DNA of 64,000 nucleotides from Antedon mediterranea (Eukaryota > Animalia > Echinodermata), in contig NC_092680.1 of NCBI RefSeq assembly GCF_964355755.1, forward strand, positions 3,844,001-3,908,000, read 5' to 3'. The translations under genes were made by a program, and so were the position numbers. Each line of letters starts with the position of its first letter. Position 1 is the first letter of the stretch. The notes under the pieces are model-generated. The model made no database searches. It was not told the origin of the DNA and was given only the letters and a program-made list of their open reading frames with translations. Below are positions 26,701 through 41,700 of this stretch, in pieces.

Positions 26701-29700
26701 AAATAAAGAAAATTGAGGATGTCTTGACATTCTGTTGTCAAGATATTGTCAACTAATACTGTATTTCCTTTGGAAAAAAATGGCCTATCGCAAACTTTAC
26801 TAGTGTTTATTCGCAATGCATTGTGAATGGAGTAAACATCAAGATAAGGATAAGCTAGTCAGCAAGTGTTGTTGACTAGCATTATTGACACAAATTCAAC
26901 AACTTTCAAAACCACATGATTTCTATGTTAATACCAAAAGTACATTGATGACTAGTATTCTAAAAAACCAAGGAAAACGGAATTGACCCTCTAATCTGCA
27001 CTTAAACACTTTGCCACTTCCATCACGGCGGAGTATGTTACAAGGAAAGTCCTTGGGATATGCCACATGCGACACATGTAAAGTATTAAATGGGTTGTAT
27101 AGCTATAGTTTGTGACACATAACACGTATAACTGCTGAACTATGCGCCACAAAATAACGTTTTATTTATTGGGGGAAAAAATCATTAAGGAAAGACATCA
27201 AAAGTTTGTAAATTGCCATTTATTTTTCTATACTGTACAAAATGATGTTAATCAAAGGTAAATACAGAACTCCCTCCTTTGGGACACCTCTGTTCTGGGG
27301 GACCTTTCTCATGAAATGAAAGAGGGAAATTATATGTGACAATGACAACCCCTATTAAGGGGACACATTCTAATGAAATCAACAAGAGCAATAGTGACCA
27401 AGGTCAACCAATATAGTGACTTAGGGGAAAACACCCCTATTTCGCGGAAATTCCTACTCAGGAGATAACATTCCGATCCTATCCAGAGGACAAAATCCCT
27501 ATTCAAGGGGACAACATCCCTATTCAAGGGGACAACATCCTTATTCAAGGGGACAACATCCTTATTCATGGGGACAACACCCCTATTATATTCAGGGGAC
27601 AACACACCTACTCAGGTGACGTTCACTATAAAGGGGACACATTGCTGGGTCTGAAAGTGTCCCCTTAATAGAGGTTTTACTGTATTATGCTATCTTTTTT
27701 TTTATTTTTGAACCATCAACATAGTCAAATGAACAAAACTTTCATTTCATGACTAGCTATCACTGCTGACACATTTTCCTGACCTAGCCTAAAATCATGT
27801 ATCATACACTTCTAAATCTTAACTGTCTTTTTTCAACTTCAATTATATAATTTAAATGATCTGATGTTCATGTTCGACCAAATGTTGTAACTATATTCTA
27901 TGGAAATTCCAGGTCATGTTTCCTCATTGATAGACTTGGAGACAATTATTCATATTTAGTTGTACTTTGTAGTATTAATTGTAACCATTCTTTGAGATTA
28001 TTCATTTTCATTAAAAACAGGAATCATTATTAGGGAGCTTTTAATTTGCGATGACCTAAAGCCTTGTCTACACTATCAAAATTTATGTGACAAAACAATG
28101 TGATGTGCCTATATACGATGATGTCATATCACTACCATATTTGGGCATATCACCACCATATTTGTGCATATCGCTACCATATGTGTGAACCTAGAGACCA
28201 TCAAAACTGTGTTGAGGAATGGACAGAGAAAAACACATCCTCAACCCAACTTCTTGATAGGCACACAAAGAAATTACTTGACCTAACTTGATTCCTAGGT
28301 CATCGGTCGCATCAAATTGAAAGCTTTCATTAATAATCAGATTTTCTTTATATAGTGCAGGGCCGCATGGAAGATTTGAACCAACCCCTTCCCTACGTAC
28401 ACCACTGAAGTGGTGTGGATATTGTTATTACCTGCTAATTGTAACGCTGTTTCTCCTTGAACGTTGAGGGCAGTAGCGTCAGCTTGAAGTTGAAGCAGTC
28501 GTTGGATGCAATTAAAATGGCCGGAGCTTGAAGCACAGTGTAATGCAGTCCAGCCTAATATATAAATAATTTTTAAAAAAAGGTTAAAACTTTATTGGTT
28601 AAAAATATTCAGAAATAAATTGTTAAAAGTCATTAAATGAAGATAAAAGAGAATAATTGTTGGTGTTCTTAATTGATTGATTTTGAATGTTTTTCATTTA
28701 CTAGTAAATTCATACATATTTGGAACTAAAAGAAGTACTAAATACAGAAGTATGAAGAAAGAAGTCTGCTAGGACCTGGCAATTGGTAGATGACAATTTA
28801 GAAACAAGGTAGGTAGTAAATTCTGAGCTTGTCAATAAAGTTTAATAATAGGAAGGGTCAATTTATTTTAAACACCGTTGAGTGGCTTAGAGCATGGCTT
28901 AACTTTGACACACTACGCCATAATATAGAGTAAATATATATTTATGAAAGGCAGTTTGAATGTAAAAAAGGTTTATTCTGATTTTCACTAGACAACCTAA
29001 TTCTTTATGATGAGTCAGAAAGATAAAAAGAGGTTTAATATGGTTTTATCATGCTTATATGCTATTGCGTATTGAAGATTTAAATATCTATAACTTACAG
29101 CACTGTAGAAATATTAATGCCTTTGCGGACAATTTTACCGATAGAGTACCAGAACCAAATTGACATCAAAATACTGTTTCGCTAGTTTCACTTTGTCATA
29201 GACAGGAACCAATTAATCTACAAAGATCACAGCAACGACTTGTTGTTTGACCCGGAGATAAATTAGAGTAAAATAAAATTCCAAGGATGAATTGACCAAA
29301 GGCAAGACTGTTCAAATTGATTAGAATAATATGTATTCAAATATCAAATAATTATTTAAACTTTTGATCACATCACATAAATCGAAAAAGAATGTTTACA
29401 ATACCTCCATACTTTTTGTCTAAAACAGCTGTAATTATTTCACACTTTTATTTAAACTTGTCTTTAGTGACTCTACAGCTCACTGTGTCGGTCGGTTGGT
29501 CGGTCTGTAAACACTAACTTGAGCATGCGAGTGCAGTCATGTATATGGCCTGGTTTCCTAGCTCTTATGTTTTTGACATTTTTAATCTCATATTAAAATG
29601 TTCTATACTTTTTGTATTCTTTATATTTTGACTATTAATACCTATTTCTTAAAATTGAGGTCTTGGAATAGTCCATTATTTCTCTTTTTTTTCTAAAAGT

Positions 29701-32700
29701 ATTCTGATTATTTTTAAAATTCTATTTTTCAGTGGTTTTAATAAGACCATGTAAATAGTGTTGTAATGTTACAGAACGAAACAACACGAACGCGCAATAT
29801 GCATGATAAAAAAATGTCCTACTTGGAAACATTAATTATAAACATGCTAATAAGTAGGAACATTATCATATTACTTTTCAAACTATAACTCAATCACATG
29901 AACTTGAACACAGTAAACGTGAAAACTTCAAGTGGCATTGTTATCATTTTATGTTTTTATATGGATCATTTTGATCATGATTCTGTAAGCCTTAGTGGTT
30001 GCTTGGTGTTTGTTAATGATGTCTTTAGCACTACCATATTTAGGCTTATCACTACCATATTTGGTGTTTGTTTGTATACCTTGCTTGTCAACAGCATTCA
30101 CGTTGGTTCCTAGTTGTAGCAAAACCTCAAGGCAAGGATACTGACCAAGCCTAGCAGCATGATGAAATCTGTCGTACAAATAATTAAAAAAATAATATAA
30201 TGAAAAATTGCACTTTTTGTAAAGGATTAGAAAATATGCATTTTATGAGTGATATTGTAATATAAAACTTTTAGCAGTTACAGGGCAACCATAGTAACTG
30301 TCACACACATATCAGGACACAATTAGCTTTCAGTTCCTTGTTACTAAGAATAGCTTGTCAGCAATGTTAAGGTTAGAGATGGAAATACTTTACGACATTA
30401 GGATATTAGTCAGTTTATCGTCACATGACTGGTAGAGAGAAGGTGATTTTATTCTGGGCAAATTTTTAAAGATACCGATCGATTTTATACGGTTCTAATT
30501 AGATTTGTCTTGTTAGGCTTTGGATAGCAATAAATGGAAATCTAGGATGATTAAGATTAGGATTAAGATTATTAATTAAGATTAGGTTATGGTTGCGTAG
30601 GCTGATGTTTACCCTATTCCTAACCACCCAATCAAAAGTTAGTACTCCAATCCAAGTCCGAAATCTTCAAATATGACCATAAACATGTTTTAAACTAGCT
30701 TAAGTATATTCCCCTCACAATCAAAGCACTATTTTATGGTCAGGAGCTTAAATTTTTTTTAAACATCTACCTACTATGTAGCCCAGCATGTCAAACATTA
30801 ACATCCGACGGAACACATTATGTGGGACATGTACGATATGATATACAGTACCATACTATGTGTCACCATATGTCATGTCTGTCAGGAAGGGGGCCTAATG
30901 AATAATACCATATTTGTACGTGTCTATATTGTATCCTTCCGTCTACTTTTTATGGTGACCTACCACACACTGTTTTATCTTTATAGTATATTTCATTTTT
31001 GTCCCTACTATTATTATTCATTATAATATTTGTATACAATTAGTGTGGTAAACAAATGAATTAATAAACTTATAGATTCTATCATGAAAGTGAGGTTCTT
31101 GATAACAGTAGGTGATAATGACCTCACTGAAACTATAAAGACACAAAATGTATACCTGCCCAGTTCCATGCATGCGTTTTTTATATACTGTACATGGCAA
31201 CCTGAAAAGGTAATACATAATGTGTGTTTCTCGTGTACTGGTTGCTAAGATACTTACGCACTCTTTCCCTCTGCATCTAATTTGGTAGCTGATGTTCCCT
31301 TCTTGGTCAACGTGCTTTGAAGCTTCTCGGGGTCACCAGCATCTACGGCTTGCAAGACCTTGTCATCATACTTGGTCCAATCATTTACCTACAAAAAAAA
31401 AAACATTTATTATTATAATAAACTAAAATATAATATGTTTTATAATAATCATTATTTAAAATATAGAAACTATAGAGGGCAGTATGTAACATTAAGAATT
31501 ACAGTAGGTTTTAAGTTAAGTTTTTCTAAATTCATATTTATGAAACTAATTGAAATATTTATTTATACTGGGCGACCTCTTCAGTCAAAGACTGGTCTTC
31601 CAGGGGTCCCAGTTATGATTTGTGGCTGTGATGTACTAGTATAGTACACCAGGGTAACCCCCTACTTTTCTTGAAAGATGATAGGATCAGATTTAATAAT
31701 GTATAGTCACTGAAGGTGGACCAACTGATAAATTAAAAAAATTAGAAGACAGTTCAAATAATCCATAGCTTTTGATTGGTCAATTGGCTTGCATTGCAGT
31801 TTACGTTCTTGCGTTGCGAGTGGGAACCGAACTTGATATTATCTTGAATTTGTTTTGGATAAACCAAGACTACTGCATCATATTCAGAGAAATCAAACTT
31901 TCCTTTAAATCTTTTCGTCTGATTCATCTACAGACAACGAGGGACATCACCTAGAGTCCCATAACTATTTCCTAATATTGGTCTTGAAGAGAAAGTACAG
32001 AGCCTCGTTCAAACGCGATGACTCTAGGCCCAACTGACCTAGATAGATAGTGAATAATATCCAATGGCTGTAGGCTAACAAAAACATCCTTTAAGTTTAA
32101 AATCACCAAAACCTACGGTCAAATAATGGTCACATGTTTCATACATTTTAATCAGTGGTCAACACATTCATAAATATGTAATTTATTAATTTATATGTAT
32201 AAAATGTGTGCATGGATTGGTCATGTTACTGCAAAACGACAACAGAGTGTGGTTGTCATTACGATGATGTCATTTTATCTCAGACTACTAGGATGTGTTG
32301 ATTTGTTTATGTTTTTACATCATTGTGAGGTCAAATTGAGACTGCTATTTTGCTGAAACTACATGAAAAGTATTAAAAAAGTGATATTTTTTTTTTCCAG
32401 AATGCATTATAGTTTTTTTATTTTGGAACAAAATTTTTTTTTGTCAGTATGCCATTTATGCACTGTCAATTGTATGACCCACTATACGACCCCCGGGAGA
32501 TGTGCGTCATTTGTCCAATGTGCGTCATACCTTATGAATACAATGACGCACCTGTGCGTCAAAACTGTGACTTACCTTGAGGTGACCGTGACGCACCCAT
32601 TTTGACATTGACCCACCATTGTTCATTGATGTGACGTACCATCTAGGTTTTTTGACGCACCTCTGCGTCAGTAATTATTTGTAAATGAAGCACCTCTCCC

Positions 32701-35700
32701 GGGGGTCAAATAGTGGGTCATACAATTGACAAGTGCATTACTGCCAGAGAACATTTTTTTTCCTGTCAGGAACAGGCCCTATTATGAGTCATGGCAAAGA
32801 TGGTATCAACAGATTAATAGCATAGCTGGAAAATAGATGTATTCTAATCTGCAAATTTACCTTGACCATGGAGGAAATTCCTCCATGCCTTGACCATCAA
32901 AGTGAATGTTCACAAAAATATAAATATAACTTCGTTTTTTAGTATTATTATATTGGCCTATAACCAGGTGCAATGACACTCCACTCCCTCAAATAAAAAT
33001 TGGGTCAAATTGGGTGGGCTTAAGAAATGATTTATACATCATAGATAATTTTGGCAAAAAGTAAACAATGATCGATAGGCATTTTTTTCATTCCAGTCAA
33101 TATAGTATAGTACTGTATAATTCAATTTACTTGTTTATCTTTATATTAGACATTTAAAAAAAAACCCAACCAAAGTGAAGAGTACGCGACAGGCGAAATG
33201 TCACTCAAAATCATCAATCTTTCCCACGAACAATTATTATGAAGATCCATTAAAACATGGTATTAATTTGCAATAGTTCTAAAATACGGATGTTGATAAT
33301 CATCTAGGATGACAGTTAAACATAAGAAAGCCCATAATCCTTTGTAATAAGCAAAGTCACAGTTGACAGGATTGTTATCGGTAATTGACCTATTGACCCA
33401 CTTCATCTAATAATAAACAAGAAAATACACATGTGTTACATCTTTTGTAACAAAGTGTTGACAGTTATGTCATATTTAATATTCAATTTTATTAATATAT
33501 TTAATTTAACGTTAATATGATACTGTGTTAATAGTATTGCACCTTGTTTCGTTAACGTGAATAACTATTACGTATGTGACAATAAAATGACACATTCAAA
33601 AACAAATTTGAAATAACAAATATTTTTCAATATACACTTTAAAACTTACGTCAACAAGCGAGCAGCGTTTTTTAAAGGAATATTTCTTGTTTATTTAATA
33701 CATAAAACAACTATAGTCAGTTGAGTTTATCAGTTGAGTTAATACCAATACTTGGCAGAGCCTACTGTCTGAATTTCCAAAAATTGTGGAATTATGAATG
33801 TGTGTTTTGATAATGCTAAAAAGAATTTTTAACTTTTGGAACCTCAAGAAAAGTCTGGTTTTAGGAAAGTTTGCGGTTCTCAGATAGTCTGGTTTTGGGA
33901 AAGTTGATGACAACATTCCAAAATGAAATATGAATTTCACAAAATCAAAAAGCTAAGAATGACTAAAAAATATATATCATATACAGTAGTTTCATACAAG
34001 AAAATTCTTTGCTATGAAACGAAAGACAGAAATATCAATGGATGAAAGTGGGCTATAGTATTATTGTGATGATTCACAATACATTATATCTACTTCCATT
34101 ATACTATAAAACAATAGGATCACTGAACCTATTCAAACTGTACTTTTACCCAAGGATCTTCTACTTAACTTCTACATTCTTTCTCTTTTTGTATTTCAGT
34201 ACAAAAAATGTAGAAAATCACAATACAGTACAAGAATACACTGTAATTCTGATATCGATCAACAGATTTTGAATGAGATGATTTTCAAGAGAAAGTCACT
34301 GTATCATACCAAGATGTTTTCTAATGTACTTTTTCTTAACTTAATATGCTTACACTTTAGGAGTGCTCACGGCAATAATGAACAACTGGTATTTCGTTAA
34401 ATAAAGATTTGCTACGCTACAAATGAGGTGTATGTTAGCCTGTAATGTACCTGTACTATAAGAAAGTTCAGCTCAACTCTTGGAAATCAATTAATTTTAA
34501 ACCGTCCTCAGTCTCACTTTAATGTTTTTGTTTTCACTATAGCTGCTGTTGAAATGTCAGATTTGTTGTTGATATAGTAGATAGCCAGAGAACATTTTCA
34601 CCAGTTTCATAACCAAAGGCTAACAAAAAAATTAATCAAACACAAGGCTTCGGAAAAATTCTAATGCCAACAGAGTATAACCCCCCCCCCCCCCAATATT
34701 CGCCAAATTTCATACACTGGATCATAGTGTATCCAGTCATATACAAAACATTTATTTTTACATAGATTAGCAGACCTCATCTCCTCCCTCTAATTCCCTA
34801 AATTTCTGGTAAATTAGATTTAATTTGCCACATCATTAATTACAATTACGCCCTCTCTGATTTGGATCACCATTGAACAAAAAATAAAAAGTCACTATTA
34901 TGTGCGCCGCTTTGGCACGTTTCTTAGGAATAGAAAAAGTTGAAACAATAATGTGCGTCACTTTGGCACGTTTGTGAAGAACAAAAGTAGGATTCTATGT
35001 AGAAGTTGAAACTATAATGTGCCTCACTTTGGCACGTTTGTGAAGAACAGAAGTAGGATTCTATGTGGAAGTTGAAACTATAATGTGCCCCACTTTGGCA
35101 CGTTTGTGAAGAACAGAAGTACAATTCTATGTAGAAGTTGACTGTATAATGTGCCCCACTTTGGCACGTTTGTGAAGAACAGAAGTAGGATTCTATGTAG
35201 AAGTTGAAACTATAATGTGCCTCACTTTGGCACGTTTGTGAAGAACAGAAGTAGGATTTTATGTGGAAGTTGAATCTATAATGTGCCCCACTTTGGCACG
35301 TTTGTGAAGAACAGAAGTAGGATTCTATGTGGAAGTTGAAAGCCCCGATCTCTGCTATTTTTATCACCCATGCTGCTGCTAGCTCGCGATAAACAATAAA
35401 CGACCAAAATTATGTTCACCGTACGTACGTAGGCCTAGTCTAGGCCTTTTTGCCGCTAAAAACACATTGAGAAACAATAATTTACTACTGTAACATGTTT
35501 TATTGCTACAGTAAATAATGTAACTTTTAAAAAAGGTAAATTGAATTAGCTTAATATTAATAAAGTAGGCCTAGGCCTATCAGTATTTATTTAATTAAAA
35601 CTAGCTTGACACAATCATATTCATAGCCTAGGCCTTCCCTAAGCTAGACCGCGCGTACCGGGCAGCATTCGGACCGGTGATTCAAAGCATTTTCAGTGAC

Positions 35701-38700
35701 AATGTGATGACTTTAAAAATATGTTTTCAGGAAACCGGACTTTCGAAAAACCGGAAAATATATGCCCGCCCAAGAGTGTCCGGTATTGGGAAAGTTGACT
35801 GTATAATGTGCCCCACTTTGGCACATTTGTGAAGAACAGAAGTAAGATTCTATGTAGAAGTTGAAACTATAATATGCGCCACTTTGGCACGTTTCTGAAG
35901 AACAGAAGTAGGATTTTATGTAGAAGTTGAAACATCTCGTTTGAATGAGCAAATCTATGTTAATTAGAATTCAACTCATGTTCCTAATTTGAAATTCATC
36001 TTGAAGCAGCTAAATGTTATTAAAAAGCGCTGAAAGAAAATGTTCAATCACTTATATCATACATTCACTGCCAAATACCTAATTTCATTCCCAAATCATG
36101 TCTTAGATGTTGTAAGGTATTGACAATAGTAGATTTTAAAACAGTTTTTAAACTTCCTTTTGATAAATCTTATATTAATAGTATAAGAAAAATGCATGGT
36201 TGTTGATCAAAAGGGAAAAAAAATCTTAGATACTATAAATCAAAAATTATTTTATACAGTTGACAACATTATCCAATTGGAATGGCTATTAATAAGTTTT
36301 GTAAACTGAAAACAGTACAAAATAATAGTGGACTATAAACTGTTCTTTCAAAATACAGTATTTAAAAAAAACCATATTCCCTTGCTTAGCTGTATATGTT
36401 TCTCTTGATATTTAGTTCATGGAATGTACCATTATCTGATAGGGGTGTTTCTAGATTTTATATAATCGAGTTGTACAGTAGCTCTCTTCTCAGAGAAAAT
36501 AGGCAAATTTTGGTTATTCCAGGTAAGCTAGGCACGAAATAGACATTGAGAAATAATGTTTCTGCATTCTAGAAATGGAATATTTTGAAACAAATGGATA
36601 TGAAACCTTACACTAAGATTGGAATGAATGAAATAGAATAATTAGTGGTTACAACAATGTAAAGTCTTATAAAGAGCAGATGTCTTATTATTCTCTAATT
36701 TAGGTTATTGAAATATTAGAACACAATTAGTTTCTAATTATTATTAAATTCAATCATGCATGACGATAGTTACAAGACTGTTCAATTTTTCCTGTTTGTC
36801 CAAGAGTCAAACTGATTATAAAAACAGTTTGATTGAGTTTATTTAAAAAAATAAATTATGTGTTCTAAAATTAAATTAATGCATATTCTTGTCCAAACAA
36901 TACACAAGCAGTACAAATGGCATATGGCATGTCAACATAAAACAGTAGTGGCCGATTGTTCCATTGTATTATCCACTGGCTTTTGTTTCCATCTACTGTA
37001 TGTGTGAGTTCATCATGATAAAGTAACATGGAGTATGTAACAGTATACAGGACACTGAATATGAGAATATGGGATGGGAGAAATACAGTAGGAAGGAGGG
37101 GGAGGAGGAAGGTGGGGAAGAAGAAGGAAAGAAGGAGGAAGGAAGAGAAGAAGGAAGGAGGAGAAAAAAAGACTAGAAGAAGGAAAGAGGAGAAGAAGGA
37201 AGGAGGAAAAGGAGGAAGGAGGAGAAGAAGGATAGAGGAGAAGAAGGAAGGCAGGAGGAGAAGAAGGAAGGACGGAGGGGGAGAAGAAGGAAGAGAGAGG
37301 GGAAGAAGAAGGAATGAGGAGGAGGGGGGGGGGGAGGAGCAAGGAGGGGGGGGGGGAAGGAGCAAGGAGGGGGGGGGGGGGAAGGAGCAAGGAGAGGGGA
37401 GGAGATAAGAAGATTACATAAGAATTGGTTCTGATTTAAGAAAAAACAATTAACCAATCATTTTTTTTCTGGCCTTATCGGTTCGGTAAAAGTGTGGTAA
37501 TGCATATAAAATAAATGCTATTATCATAGGTTGGTATGCTAAAACCAATATCACTATCTTATATCCTATAGTACACAGGTTGCTCTCTTGTCAGATTTAA
37601 TTCAAGTTTCAAGAAAGCAAAAAGAAAGAAAAACTACTTCAATTTGACGTTCTCCCCCATGCGACCTTTGTTGAAATATTTCATGTGTCATAAATAGTTA
37701 CCAATTCACAGGCTCTACCAAGATTTGACCCAACTCTCTAATATGAGTCGTGTTGGATTATAACCTATAGATTCTGCTAGTCGACTCAAGCCTACAGTGG
37801 GTGTATATTAGTATTGAGTAACAATGACATCATACTCTGTGAAAACTATTTTGAAATACTCGGTAAGAAATAATAATTATAATTCAAAACCTAATTACAT
37901 AAGAATAATATAAACAACATCAATCAAATGTTTGCCAAGAATTATTTTATTAGTATTACTCATAAGTTTGTTAAAATGTTATTATTTGTCGGAAGTTTGG
38001 TAAAATGATCCATGAAAATTTTGAATACTCCAGTTTTAATACAGGATTTAGGCAAATTGTAATTTTCAGAAATTGCATTTTTGAAATGATGATTAATGAT
38101 TATGAAAAATGAATTTTCTAAGTTACTTTCTCATAGCTTATTGTCAGTTTCAGCAATAATTTAGATATCAAAGAGTTAATAAGGCATGTTATTTTACACA
38201 GTTCAGTTATATCATCAATTGTTTTTACTGTTTTTAAATTTGAATCATCAAATAATGTAGGGTGTGCTTCGTAGATTGTACAGGAAACAAGCATGCAAGT
38301 CATCTTATTGCACCCTTTCTTTATTATTCATACGTCATTCATCGCTGATGCAAAGACGGACTAATGAGAAAAAAAATCCAGGTCAAGAATGCGACCTTTG
38401 TTGGTTTTTTTAATTTGTCATACGTAAAAAATTTAACTACATTTTACAATCGGTTTACTTAAATAAACTTAAAAAACTTAAAAATTATCTAGTACAATAT
38501 AAACTAAACAACAATTACATGTACAACAAGCTCATCATCACATGTCATTTCATCTTTAAACACAATTCTTAGTTTTGGAGGTGGGGGCTAATCCAAAGCA
38601 CAATAATAAAATAAAGATCTTTATTTGACACATCCATTAAATAATTAGGAGGACAAAATAACATTTACAGTAATACAAAGGTTTTAAAATAATCAAATCA

Positions 38701-41700
38701 TTTTTCCTTTTTTCCCATTTTTTTTTTCAGAAGTAAAAAATTGACTTGCCTTTTAAGGGCCTCATATCAGATACAAAATTTGATATTAGTAGGAAACAAA
38801 AACAAACAAACAAACACATTGTTTGATGATTGTTTTTATGACATCATACAATCTTCTTTGATCCAAGATTTAGTTACAAATTTACAACTATCTCATCTAT
38901 TGACCTACAAATGACAACAAACTACTATTATTATTATTTGTTTATTATGAGAAATATGATCAGTATTAACAAGAGAACAAAAAACAAAGATACACTCAAT
39001 AATAATAATTATGAAGCCAATTAGTGGCATACCTTACATTGTGGAGGATGAATGATGACAGCAAATACAAAGAAATACTGAGTGAGAATTTAGTGAGCTT
39101 GTAATACTTTCAGTAATCTGGAGATAATGAATACGAGGAAATGAAATTAAACCGCATCAATCGCTTCATGTATCAATCATACGGTATTTGATTTTACGCT
39201 TCTGTGCTTTTCAACTTATGAAGCTGTGATTCTTTTAAAATATCTGTCATCGAATCTGTAGAGTAATGGTTGAGTAGCAACCAAAAAAAAGCATGAGCCT
39301 TCCTTCCACAAGAGTTAAAAGTAATCTTTCATTTCCACAACATATGTGAATATATAACTCGCTCTTTATAAGCAGAACACAAACATCAAGTATCCCGGAC
39401 AATTCAGAACCAAGAAAGACATCAAACAACTTAAACAACTAGCCAATGAAAGATCCGATTGGAAGAAACTGGTAAGAGATATACGGAGCAGCCCAAGCAG
39501 AAATGTTGGCAGACTTTTCAGCGGAGAGGCAGTAATCATCATCACTATGTGACTATATACAGCTGTTGAGTCAAAAAGTCATATTAGTTCATTGTACGCA
39601 TGTGGAGATATTGGGACGATTTCCTCGCTTCTAAGCCTGACACAGGTTTGATGGTTTCTAGGTTCGGGCAAAAACCAATGACACACCGATTGACCTGACC
39701 TAGGTTGGTAGTCGTAGCTACCTATTAATAGCTGCATAGTTCTGCAGCAAGTTGCGAAAAAAATGTTGGTAATATGCTTTCGGGTGTTAAGCGACAGTGA
39801 CCACCATTCAACTCCTGTATCTATTGCACATTTTGATAGCCTTTAGAGCAGAAAGCATTTCATAACAGTGCATTATTTTGTGTTTGTAAAATAATATTTA
39901 CAGTTAATGAACAATTTTTTGTTTGGCAAAGTATGAGTTTAAGGTCCCTGGATTCGCTACACATCAAGGAAATTCAATTACTTTAATTTTCAATTAGGAA
40001 TCAAGTTAGATAATTTTATTAATAATATCAAATGACTGTTGATAATATAAAAACATAATTTAATTATGAAGTACTAGTCGAAGGTTAGAAATCTATTAAA
40101 ATAATACAATCTGTCAATTTGAATCTGTATCACCTAATTAGATAGTTATTTGGTTGTATTAATTATAGTTCATCTCATATTGACAATTATCTAGACTAAT
40201 GTAAATTAATTACCAAGATTAATTTTAGTAATTTATTCTTTAAAAGAAAATTAATAAAATAATGTTTGAAGACTTGACTGTAAAACTCAGTCAATATAAC
40301 ATTTTAAGACACATATTGAAACTAATTCAAACCCAGAACAAATCAATCCGAGATTAGAATCTTTGATAATATGTAGTGTTCTTTTTACTGTATATAGCTT
40401 TGGTTCGCATTTGGGATGAATGCAACGATGTAGGAGGAAAGGAAGTGAATTGACCAATCACAAGCGCAATGGCGTAATGGCTATGACCGCTCATTGGCTA
40501 AATCTAGATAAGTCCAATCCAACTCCAGCGTAGGGTTATGATAGTCTTAAAAATTACTTATGGTGAGTTTTTCAGATCCTTGTGTTTGCATCCAAGTGGG
40601 AACCAAGCTTTAGATTCTAGTTGCCCACATCCATGTTTTGGTCAATTGACCATGTTTCTGGCAGCAGTCCATACATTACATTATTACCTACAATTATGAA
40701 AAATATGCTTTATAATGATTTTCAGCTTAAAGAAAATCTAAAAATACATTCAAAATTGAAAAGTTAAGAATCAACTAATTTATCAAAATGTGGTTAACAA
40801 TTTTTTTTTGCAATTCACGGTTTTTTAACCAGTAATTTACTAAATGGAATACTTGATTGATTCGGTAGAGCATAGCTTGAATTTCCTTTCCTTTGTAGCT
40901 GTCCTACCATTATTCACATCTTTAGTTTAGTTTTGCACTTTAAAATCTACTCACTACTAATTCAAAGTTCCTTCGAGACTTCTACAATGTCTATATTTTA
41001 AGAGTGTTTGTACAGTATGTTTGTTCGTATACATTGGTTTTTGGGGGCGTAGTTGGATATCAAAATGACCAGAATTGTACTGGTTTTGGACTAGGGTGGG
41101 GGAGAGGTACCCACTCCCAATCAATAATCAAAAAAACAATTTTTTCTTTTGTTTTAAATTTAATACGATTACGATAAGATTTTCTTTTTGAGAAAAAAAT
41201 TTTTATATAATGTATAAAATGGTGATTAAATTATATAAAAAAATGAATAAGGCAAAAAACCCAAGAAGTGTAAACAATTTGGTACAAAATTTCTTCTAAT
41301 AAATCAAACATTTACCGTTTAAAATGCAATTTGTTTCAAATAATTACTTGTGTTCATCTTCTGTTAAAATCAAACTATAGTATTCTTTAAACAATTAAAC
41401 TAAAAATATTTTTATACCAGAAAGGTAGGTATCTGTAAATAGTATACACTTTAACTAATTTTTCTCTAGTTATCAATTTAAACTGTACAGTGTTTCCAAT
41501 TGTTGTAGCCAATGTAAGGGATGAACATCTTATCTCAGAAATCTGCTTAAGATAATCTGAAAATAAGAGGGTGGTAATACACTGAAATGACGTCAAGATT
41601 GTTTAGATAGGTTGCCATGGTGAAATTCAAATTAACAAGAAATTATAGGATTTGGCAAATTAGCCAGTTTGGCCTTAGGCTAGTGTGTGCATGAAAATTA

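Noticed and set aside
34924-35367. 147-aa Cys/His repeat ORF resembling a zinc finger array
   Set aside because: It is the translation of a 66-bp minisatellite. The spacing does not fit C2H2 and no flanking splice sites were identified.
36871-37457. Four overlapping Pro/Ser/Leu- or Arg/Glu/Gly-rich ORFs
   Set aside because: By-products of a stop-free GA tract; no splice or domain support.
39035-39170. Alternative first coding exon for the RAI14-like gene (MKRLMRF...)
   Set aside because: An in-frame TGA occurs after 19 codons, before any usable donor.
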